This document shows positions 46,189 to 53,417 of a stretch of 64,000 bases of DNA, piece by piece. Position numbers and translations under genes: made by a program. The notes beneath the pieces are model-generated. The model was not told the DNA's origin. It did not search any database and saw only the letters and a list, made by a program, of their open reading frames with translations. The first letter of the stretch is position 1. Each line of letters starts with the position of its first letter. Source of the DNA: a virus; the IMG/VR virus record IMGVR_UViG_3300026320_000001, positions 1-64,000 of that record. One strand, 5' to 3'.

Positions 46189-46274
46189 GGAAGAATGCAT
46201 TCATGGGAATAACTAGTCTTGAAAACTAGGCTACCGAGTAGCCCTCGATAACGGTTCGATTCCGTATCCTTCCT
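46189..46274 (+). tRNA. tRNA-Ser(TGA), short D region
   Basis: GGAAGAA/TCCTTCC, CTAGT-CTTGAAA-ACTAG, long V arm, TTCGATT. Confidence 0.78.
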
Positions 46275-46449
46275 CTAGTAAGAAAAATTCATTTTCAAAA
46301 GGATATTAAAAATGTCGCCAAAGAATGAAGTTACTAAAAAATATTTGATTACAAGAGATGAAGAAGTTTTCACTGATTGGCTTTTCAAAAGTCAGGTGAG
46401 CGATTATATTCGCAGAGGATATATCGTTGAAGAAATAAAGTAATGAATT

Positions 46450-46539
46450 GGAATCATGACAGAGTAGCAATGTGTATGTTTGCTAAACATAAGCCACCAG
46501 TAACATGATGCGTAGGTGCAAATCCTACTGATTCCGCCA
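46450..46539 (+). tRNA. tRNA-Ser(GCT), CCA encoded
   Basis: GGAATCA/TGATTCC-G-CCA, TATGT-TTGCTAA-ACATA, long V arm. Confidence 0.85.
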
Positions 46540-46542
46540 AAT

Positions 46543-46613
46543 GACACCTATTCCTACCGGGTGGGGAATTGTCTGCAAAACAATTAATAGAGATTCGACT
46601 TCTCTAGGTGTCT
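46543..46613 (+). tRNA. tRNA-Cys(GCA)
   Basis: GACACCT/AGGTGTC, U73, ATTGT-CTGCAAA-ACAAT. Confidence 0.8.
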
Positions 46614-46786
46614 CTTTCAGCATTTGTTGAAACAGGAGCAAATAATGAAAATTGAAAAAGCAAACAAAAGAGATAAAAAACGCTTCAAAAAGAAGAATGG
46701 AATGATTGTTGGAAATAAAAGTATTTTTATAATACAAGAAATACAAATAAAGAAATCGAATAAATTAAAGAAAAATAAATAATTAT

Positions 46787-46859
46787 GTGTTTGTAGTGTA
46801 GTTAGTCTGCACGTTTGCCTGAAGAGCAGAAAGTGCTAGTGCAATTCTAGCCGGACACA
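46787..46859 (+). tRNA. tRNA-Phe(GAA)
   Basis: GTGTTTG/CGGACAC, TTTGC-CTGAAGA-GCAGA. Confidence 0.82.
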
Positions 46860-46863
46860 CTAT

Positions 46864-46940
46864 CCTCCAATATACCCTCGTTCTTATAAAGCGCAGAAAG
46901 GTTAATTGGTGACATGATGGTTCGAGTCCATCTTGGAGGA
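46864..46940 (+). tRNA. Atypical tRNA-Ile(TAT)-like RNA lacking a normal D arm
   Basis: CCTCCAA/TTGGAGG acceptor, GATGG-TTCGAGT-CCATC T arm, CGTT-CTTATAA-AGCG anticodon hairpin. Confidence 0.6.
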
Positions 46941-46944
46941 CTCT

Positions 46945-47016
46945 ATTCCTATAACTCAATAGTAGAGTGTCCGTTTTACATGCGGAATGTTGGGGGTGCA
47001 AGTCCCTCTAGGAATA
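46945..47016 (+). tRNA. tRNA-Val(TAC)
   Basis: ATTCCTA/TAGGAAT, TCCGT-TTTACAT-GCGGA. Confidence 0.85.
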
Positions 47017-48067
47017 CTAAAATTTAAGGAGAATAAAAATGAATGAAAATGATATAGAACACATTATTAATCAAATGAAATATATTCCTATTAGAAATTT
47101 TTATCATGCAGATAGATATGATACAGATAATGAATATGTTATTCATCTTTGGACTGAAATAGGTCAAAAAAATTTTGACATTAGAATTAAAAAAGAAAAA
47201 ATTAAATGTCCATATTGTGACGATTTTTATTATGAGGGTGGTTGGGCAAATCATTTATTAATGAAACATCATCAACATGCTGGATAAATTATAAAATGAG
47301 ACAAGTTAAACTTTTATATTTCAAATCATATGGTAAATATTATTCTGAAGGTTCGTATGCTACTCAAAAAGAATATGATTTTGATGTTTATACCGAAGTA
47401 GAAAATATGTTTTTAATTGGTAGTTATCCGGGACTATATAACACTGGAAAACCTCATGAATTTGATTGTGTTATTTTCCCTGAAAATGGTGTTCCCGGAA
47501 TTCTTTATGCAAAAGAAATACAAAATTTATTTAAGATGATTAATGGCTAAATTTGATTTAAGACCGATAATGGAATTTCAAGTAAAAGTTGTTTTGACCG
47601 AAGAAGAAGCTAGGGCGTTGCAATATATTTGTAAATATGGTGCAGATACTTTAATCAAAGGCTTGGATACTGTCATGACCACAAAAGAAATTAGCAAGGG
47701 AATCAGAAGTCTTGTTCGTGATACACAAGATTCTATAAATAAACAAATTAGTAAAATTGATGAAGCTAGAAAAGTAGTTGAAGAATAATTGATGAAATTT
47801 ATGTTTTATGGAAATAATATAATTATGTTCAAACAAAAATGTCCAATATGTGATTCAAAATTAGAATATGATATTGATAATTTAGATTTTTATCTAATGG
47901 AAGAGCATTATAATTGCCCCAATAAAGATTATTCTTATTCATATGAATATGGAATGACAAACATAACAATAGGAAATAAAGAATTTAATTATACTTATTT
48001 GGATAGCAATGTAAAAAAAGCTTTAATTTTAAAAGAAATCAAATTAGAGACTGAAAGATTGAAGTCC

Positions 48068-48096
48068 TTGACAAGATTAGAATAATATGGTATAAT
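48068..48096 (+). promoter_or_regulatory. sigma70-type promoter
   Basis: TTGACA-17bp-TATAAT with extended TG. Confidence 0.82.
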
Positions 48097-48458
48097 TATA
48101 TTAAATTAGAAAGGAATTATTTATGAAATCATATCATATTGTTTTATTGTCTGCTTTGGCAACTTTGTGTGCTTTATTTTCTTTTGTTAATTCTGTTCGA
48201 GATATGGAAATTGATAATAATGCTTTCATTCTCGAAACAAATAACTATGACTTAATTATTGCTCATAATGATAATCATGTTGAATTTAATTTGAATTATT
48301 TTTATGGTAATAAAGCATATCAAATAGAAAAAATTTTTATTTTTTAGTTATTTATTGACTGTTTTTGGTGCATAGTCAAATTTATATCGTAATGATATAA
48401 GGGACGCTTGGCGACCTACATAGAAAAGCATAGTAACCATATTTATTAAAAATTAAAT

Positions 48459-48530
48459 GCTGTTTTGGTCTATTGGCTAAGACAATTCTTTCTCAAAGAA
48501 TTATGATGGGTTCGATTCCCATAAACAGCA
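48459..48530 (+). tRNA. tRNA-Glu(CTC)
   Basis: GCTGTTT/AAACAGC, ATTCT-TTCTCAA-AGAAT, TTCGATT. Confidence 0.87.
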
Positions 48531-48539
48531 CAAATATAA

Positions 48540-48752
48540 AAGACACGCACAGTAATCAAACCCAATTCAACCGTTAATTGAAAAATAAGTGTCTTGAAAA
48601 ATAATTTATATATGTACAGATAGACTCTCACAGCAAATAAAATCTTTGTCCAAAAGAAAAAATGGAGTCTTGGCTAATCGTCTAACAATCATAAGACGCT
48701 ATACAGCAATTAAAATAATCAACTTTCAAACAGATGAAATAAATTGCGTCTT
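48540..48752 (+). repeat. Three tandem AGAC..ACAG(C/T)AA..GTCTTG hairpin units in the leader of the DUF2828 gene
   Basis: Units 48540-48595, 48622-48670 and 48693-48752 with covarying closing stems. Confidence 0.75.
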
Positions 48753-48776
48753 GAGAATTTTCAGAGGAGAAATAAA

Positions 48777-50249
48777 ATGAATTTAAAAAATGCTTTATCA
48801 AATGAATCAAATTGGACTCAAACAGAAAATGATGCTGATGCATTAAAATCAACTCAAAATAGTTTAGTTGATTTATTTGGTGTAATTGGTGCATTGCGTA
48901 CTCGTACTGGAGATGTAGAAAATCTTTTTATTAAGGCTTTTTATGAAAATAAATTGCTTGCAACAAAGATGTCTTTTTATGCTCGTAATGTTCGTGGTGG
49001 ACTTGGTGAACGTAGTGTTTCAAAAATTATTTGGAAATATTTAGCAAATAATTATTCGGATATTATGATTAAAAATATTAATATCATTCCTCTATTTGGG
49101 CGTTGGGATGATTTATATGAGTTTGTTGGTACTCCTGTGGAAAAATATATGTGGGAGTTGATTAGAAATCAATTGAAAGAAGACTTGGAAAATTTTACTT
49201 CGGGAAATTCAATTTCTTTGTTGGCAAAATGGATGAAAAGTATTAATGCTTCTTCAACTGAAACAAATCGTCTTGGAAAATTGACAGCAAAAAATTTAGG
49301 ATATTCAGAACAAGAATATCGTAAAATGTTAAAAACTTTGCGTGACCATATTAATATTGTTGAAAGTAAGATGTCAAATAATCAATGGTCAGAAATTGAC
49401 TATCGTTCTGTTCCTTCTAAGGCTATGATGAATTATCGTAAATCTTTTTCAAAACATGATTTGGAACGTTTTGGAAAATTTATTGAAAAAGTTGAAACAG
49501 GTGAAGAAAAAATTAATTCTTCAACTTTATATCCTTATGACATTTTTGAAAAAATGGGATTAGCAGAAAAATATGGTGGAAGAAGTCAAAGCTTTTATTT
49601 CACAAGTCCAGATAAAGTTTTAGAAGCACAATGGAAAGCATTGCCAAATTATTTTGTTGATGGTGATGTTTTGGTTATGGCTGATACATCTGGTTCAATG
49701 CAAGGTAGACCAATTGCAATTTCTCTTGGATTGGCTGTTTATTGTGCAGAACATAATAGTGGACAATTTAAAGATTCATTCATTACATTTTCAAGTCGTC
49801 CAAGTTTTGTCAAACTTGTTGGAAATACTTTGGCAGAAAAAATTCGTAATGTTCCAGCTATTGTAGAAAATACAAATATTGAATCTGCTTTTAATTTAGT
49901 TCTTAATGCGGCAAAAGAAAATAAGGTTTCATCTGAAGATATGCCAAAAGCGATTATCATTATATCAGATATGGAATTTGATAGATGTTCTGGTTATCGT
50001 ATGACATTTTATGATGCTATGAAATTGAAATTTGAAAATGCCGGACATAAAATTCCTGATATTTTATTTTGGAATGTAAATAGTCGCCAAAATGTATTTC
50101 ATGCATTTTCAGAATATAAGGGTGTTCAATTGGCAAGTGGTTCAAGTCCATCGGTTTTTTCAAGCATTATTAAAAATTTGGGCATGAATCCATATGAAGC
50201 AATGTTGAATGTTTTGAACGATGAAGTCTATAATGTGGTTGTAATTTGA
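48777..50249 (+). CDS. DUF2828 family TROVE-like/vWA protein (Ro60-related fold)
   Basis: TENDA, RNVRGGLGER, GRWDDL, LAKW, VPSKAM; vWA MIDAS DTSGS...T...SDMEFD; GAGGAG RBS before ATG 48777. Confidence 0.85.
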   Translation: MNLKNALSNESNWTQTENDADALKSTQNSLVDLFGVIGALRTRTGDVENLFIKAFYENKLLATKMSFYARNVRGGLGERSVSKIIWKYLANNYSDIMIKNINIIPLFGRWDDLYEFVGTPVEKYMWELIRNQLKEDLENFTSGNSISLLAKWMKSINASSTETNRLGKLTAKNLGYSEQEYRKMLKTLRDHINIVESKMSNNQWSEIDYRSVPSKAMMNYRKSFSKHDLERFGKFIEKVETGEEKINSSTLYPYDIFEKMGLAEKYGGRSQSFYFTSPDKVLEAQWKALPNYFVDGDVLVMADTSGSMQGRPIAISLGLAVYCAEHNSGQFKDSFITFSSRPSFVKLVGNTLAEKIRNVPAIVENTNIESAFNLVLNAAKENKVSSEDMPKAIIIISDMEFDRCSGYRMTFYDAMKLKFENAGHKIPDILFWNVNSRQNVFHAFSEYKGVQLASGSSPSVFSSIIKNLGMNPYEAMLNVLNDEVYNVVVI

Positions 50250-50252
50250 CCC

Positions 50253-50281
50253 TTGACAAACTCAAAATATTGTGGTAAAAT
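50253..50281 (+). promoter_or_regulatory. sigma70-type promoter
   Basis: TTGACA-17bp-TAAAAT with extended TG. Confidence 0.72.
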
Positions 50282-50467
50282 TGTTTTATAAGCTAGAGAC
50301 AGAAACAAGGTTAAATAACTGGCAATCAAAAAATCTCTCGCGGTTGGATGTCTCAAAAACATCCTACAGACTGTTTTCAAAATTCATAGCTACAGACCCC
50401 ATTGGGTAGGCTCAATGGCTAAACCAGAAAAGCGTAGAATGGCGACATAAAATTATAAGGATAAGAC

Positions 50468-50878
50468 ATGAGTTCTAATGAATATATGAATACCTATATG
50501 AAAAATAGGTATCAAAAAAGAAAATTATTTGCTCTTGAATATCTAGGCGGCAAATGTTCTAAATGTAATTCGGTAGAAAATTTACAATTTGACCACATTA
50601 ATAGAGATGAAAAGAATTTTACTTTGGCAGATGGAATGTTGTGGTCTGAAAAAAAATTTTTAGAAGAATTAAATAAATGTCAATTATTATGCGTGATTTG
50701 TCATCAAAAGAAAACTTTAATTGATTTAAATCAAAGTGATGGTAAAAATACTCATGGAACATTGACATCTTATAAATATTGTAAATGTGAATTATGTAAA
50801 AAAGCTAAATCTGATTATATGAAAGAATATAGAAAAACATATAAAAGAAAAAGCCGAAGAAAAAATATGGAATTGTAG
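50468..50878 (+). CDS. Small HNH endonuclease
   Basis: LGGKCSKC...LQFDHI...KCQLLCVICH; HGT...CKCELC tail. Confidence 0.82.
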   Translation: MSSNEYMNTYMKNRYQKRKLFALEYLGGKCSKCNSVENLQFDHINRDEKNFTLADGMLWSEKKFLEELNKCQLLCVICHQKKTLIDLNQSDGKNTHGTLTSYKYCKCELCKKAKSDYMKEYRKTYKRKSRRKNMEL

Positions 50879-50951
50879 TCAAGAGGTTAACGACACCAGA
50901 CTTTTAATCTGGCGCAGGAATGCTTCGTGAGTTCGAATCTCACCGATTCCA
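50869..50951 (+). tRNA. tRNA-Lys(TTT) with long variable arm
   Basis: GGAATTG/CGATTCC, CCAGA-CTTTTAA-TCTGG, 14-nt V region, TTCGAAT. Confidence 0.88.
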
Positions 50952-50992
50952 CTTGTAAGAGAAATTATAAAAATAAAAAGGAGAATTATAAT

Positions 50993-51499
50993 TTGAAGAT
51001 TTTGAAGAACTTTGTTTTAGGTGTTGTGTTGTTATTTTCTGTGATTGGCTATAATGTATATGCCGCTCCATTATTTCAACCTTCATTAGTTTTAGCTCAT
51101 CATGATATTGGAAATGGTTCTTGTCAAGAACAATATGTGAATGAAAATGCTGTTGGAAATGGTGAATGGTTTATTGGTGCTTGTCCCGATGTAACTCCAG
51201 TACCAACCGATACATCAACCGTTGTGCCAACCGATACAGATACTCCAGTCGTGACAGATACTCCAGTCGTGACAGATACTCCAGTCGTGACAGATACTCC
51301 AGTCGTGACAGATACTCCAGTCGTGACAGATACTCCAGTCGTGACAGAAATTGCAACTTTTATTGCAGACCATTCACCTCGTAAATATAAGTGTTGGGCG
51401 GCAAAATGGTTTGGATGGGGAAATGGCCCTCTTCCTGTTGATTGCAGATGGCCTGATAATATGCCACAAAGTCCAATTCATGATGGATGGAATGATTAA
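50993..51499 (+). CDS. Secreted protein with (TDTPVV)6 linker
   Basis: AGGAG RBS, TTG start, signal peptide ending VYA, Pro/Thr repeats between two small Cys-pair domains. Confidence 0.7.
   Translation: MKILKNFVLGVVLLFSVIGYNVYAAPLFQPSLVLAHHDIGNGSCQEQYVNENAVGNGEWFIGACPDVTPVPTDTSTVVPTDTDTPVVTDTPVVTDTPVVTDTPVVTDTPVVTDTPVVTEIATFIADHSPRKYKCWAAKWFGWGNGPLPVDCRWPDNMPQSPIHDGWND
51236..51348 (+). repeat. Perfect 18-bp tandem repeat x6 (ACAGATACTCCAGTCGTG)
   Basis: Directly visible; encodes TDTPVV. Confidence 0.95.
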
Positions 51500-51538
51500 A
51501 TAAAAAAAATACCTCTCGATGTACAGGTTAATCGAAAT

Positions 51539-51611
51539 GGGCGTGTAGTTTAACTGGGAAAACAGTTGGTTTGCAACCATCAGAGCGAGGATTCGACTTC
51601 CTCCATGTCCA
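51539..51611 (+). tRNA. tRNA-Ala(TGC)
   Basis: GGGCGTG/CATGTCC with G3:U70; TTTGCAA loop. Confidence 0.88.
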
Positions 51612-51742
51612 CTAATAGTCATAACTGGTTGTTTTCCAGATAAAACATTATGACGAAGCATATGTTTTTGGTTGAGATAGAGATATTTCAATACCATATG
51701 TAGGATAATAACAAAAAGACTGATAGGAGAGACTATCATTAT

Positions 51743-51810
51743 AGTGGCGTACTGTGGATGAAATGAAATCTCCAAAATTTCTAGAGAGGGTTCGACTCCT
51801 TCCGCTACTG
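51743..51810 (+). tRNA. tRNA-Trp(CCA) with reduced D arm
   Basis: AGTGGCG/CGCTACT, GAAAT-CTCCAAA-ATTTC, GAGGG-TTCGACT-CCTTC. Confidence 0.7.
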
Positions 51811-51910
51811 CTAATATACAAAAATAACATAGTTGAATTTTTAGGTATCACTTCATTTCGACAAAGATTTATGTATATAATAAAAGATATTCTTGATATG
51901 AATATCTTAT

Positions 51911-51996
51911 GTGTTGGCGGCAAAGATGGTGGGTTGCGGCGGACTGTAAATCCGTTTACCGTAAGGTACTTGATGGTTCGAGTCCATCTCAACACA
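51911..51996 (+). tRNA. tRNA-Tyr(GTA)
   Basis: GTGTTGG/TCAACAC, GCGGA-CTGTAAA-TCCGT, long V arm. Confidence 0.9.
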
Positions 51997-52003
51997 CAAA
52001 ATT

Positions 52004-52120
52004 TACTATTGACCGAGTGAATAGGTGCAATAAGTCTGGTATCATTCAATGGATTTATATTCTAAATGCGAATGATGATATTGTTGAATCGTGGACATGG
52101 GTTAAATTCCCATATAGTAT
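52004..52120 (+). ncRNA. tRNA-like element with ~45-nt insertion in place of the anticodon loop
   Basis: TACTAT/ATAGTA stem, ACC..GGT D-like arm, CAATA/TATTG stem, ATGGG-TTAAATT-CCCAT T-like arm. Confidence 0.45.
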
Positions 52121-52129
52121 TTTTTATAT

Positions 52130-52201
52130 AGGCAAGTAGCTCAGTGGTAGAGCGTCCGTCTGATACGCGGAGGGTCAAAAGTTCAATTCTTTTTTTGCCT
52201 A
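52130..52201 (+). tRNA. tRNA-Ile(GAT)
   Basis: AGGCAAG/TTTGCCT, TAGCTCAGTGGTAGAGC D arm, CTGATAC loop. Confidence 0.9.
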
Positions 52202-52239
52202 CAAATTATAAATAAAATATTTGTTTTATTTATTTTTAT

Positions 52240-52316
52240 GGTTTATTAGCTCAATCGGATAGAGCAATACATTGTCAATGTATAGGTTGCGGATTCGAGT
52301 TCCGCATAGACCGCCA
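52240..52316 (+). tRNA. tRNA-Asp(GTC), CCA encoded
   Basis: GGTTTAT/ATAGACC-G-CCA, ATACA-TTGTCAA-TGTAT. Confidence 0.9.
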
Positions 52317-52468
52317 ATATATCTGTTCAGACTCTAGAGTAGTAGAAATCTTTTGAAGGTGATGGGCGTGTGGTTAGGGATTGCTGGACACGGATTGATT
52401 TTGAACTTAGCTACTGGACATGATTCATGGAACATAGAGACTAACATGAATCAAAATAATTTTCATAT

Positions 52469-52551
52469 GTTGAATGTGGCAGACTGGTAATGCGCCTGAC
52501 TGTGAATCAGGGTGTGAAAACACGATGAGGATTCGATTTCCTCCATTCAAC
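52469..52551 (+). tRNA. tRNA-His(GTG) with encoded G-1 and long variable arm
   Basis: G-TTGAATG/CATTCAA-C, CCTGA-CTGTGAA-TCAGG, GTGT-GAAA-ACAC V arm. Confidence 0.87.
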
Positions 52552-52570
52552 CAAATAGGAGTAAAATATT

Positions 52571-53065
52571 TTGGAAAGATTTTGGTCAAAAGTAGATATT
52601 AAAAATAAAAATGATTGTTGGAATTGGATTGGTGCAATTGATACAAATGGTTATGGTGCTTTCAAATATATGGGAAAGAAAATTAATTCTCATAGATTTG
52701 CATGGTTTTTAGAAAATGATTATTTTTCAGAAATAAATATTTGTCATATTTGTGATAATAGATTATGTTGCAATCCAAATCATTTATTTGAAGGAACTGG
52801 AAAAGATAATATGCAAGATGCAAAAAATAAAAATAGATTAGCAACAAGTAAAAATAAAAAACATGGATTTTTTATTCATCCTGAAAAAGTTGCAAGAGGA
52901 GAAAATTCTGGAAAACATATCCTAACTAATGAAAATGTTATAAAAATAAAATTTTTATTAAAAAATACAAACTATAAACACAAAGAAATTGGTAAAATAT
53001 TTGGTGTTGCAAGAAGTACAATAAGTTGTATTGCAATCAATAGGAATTGGAAATCCATTAAATAA
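52571..53065 (+). CDS. HNH homing endonuclease with C-terminal HTH
   Basis: RFWSKV..CWNWIG..GYG..HR..CHICDNRLCCNPNHL..GT..DNMQD; KEIGKIFGVARSTI. Confidence 0.88.
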   Translation: MERFWSKVDIKNKNDCWNWIGAIDTNGYGAFKYMGKKINSHRFAWFLENDYFSEINICHICDNRLCCNPNHLFEGTGKDNMQDAKNKNRLATSKNKKHGFFIHPEKVARGENSGKHILTNENVIKIKFLLKNTNYKHKEIGKIFGVARSTISCIAINRNWKSIK

Positions 53066-53074
53066 TTTAATTAT

Positions 53075-53148
53075 GCGTTGGTAGCTCAATTGGATGGAGC
53101 AAAGAGTTTCTACCTCTTAGGTTGCGGGTTCAAATCCTGCCCAACGCA
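53075..53148 (+). tRNA. tRNA-Arg(TCT)
   Basis: GCGTTGG/CCAACGC, AAGAG-TTTCTAC-CTCTT. Confidence 0.9.
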
Positions 53149-53225
53149 CATTCGGACGGATTAAGAGCTAGACTTACAATTCTAGTAAAATTCCAGATGT
53201 ATATCCGAGTCTGGTAAAATAAAAT

Positions 53226-53297
53226 CAGGAATTGGTGTAGCGGTTGCATGGCTATTTTGGAAATAGGCGGTGGAAGGTTCAACTCCTTCATTCTTGA
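53226..53297 (+). tRNA. tRNA-Pro(TGG)
   Basis: CAGGAAT/ATTCTTG, CTAT-TTTGGAA-ATAG. Confidence 0.85.
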
Positions 53298-53310
53298 CTG
53301 TAATAAATAT

Positions 53311-53383
53311 AACCTCTTCGTATAATGGTTTATTATGTGTGGCTTTGAACCACAAGATAGTTGTTCGATTCAATTAGAGGTTG
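53311..53383 (+). tRNA. tRNA-Gln(TTG)
   Basis: AACCTCT/AGAGGTT, TGTGG-CTTTGAA-CCACA. Confidence 0.87.
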
Positions 53384-53417
53384 CTATTAATAAAAATTCA
53401 CATGGAGATTAAATAAA

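Noticed and set aside
45064-46274. Suppressor tRNAs suggested by TAG, TAA and TGA triplets
   Set aside because: These are anticodons read 5'-3' (Leu, Leu, Ser), not stop-decoding CTA/TTA/TCA
50305-50390. tmRNA, suggested by AAATAACTGGCAA resembling a resume context
   Set aside because: No tRNA-like ends with G3:U70, and the frame does not end in an ALAA-like tag
51236-51348. CRISPR array
   Set aside because: Head-to-tail 18-bp repeats without spacers, in frame within a protein
45102-52139. ORFs 45102-45350, 51166-51384, 51754-52020, 51909-52139 and the 5' part of 50927
   Set aside because: They overlap clear tRNA genes or are alternate frames of the tandem repeat
52360-52420. Pistol ribozyme, suggested by GTGGTTAGGG
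   Set aside because: Complementary P1 and pseudoknot partners and conserved downstream residues were not found
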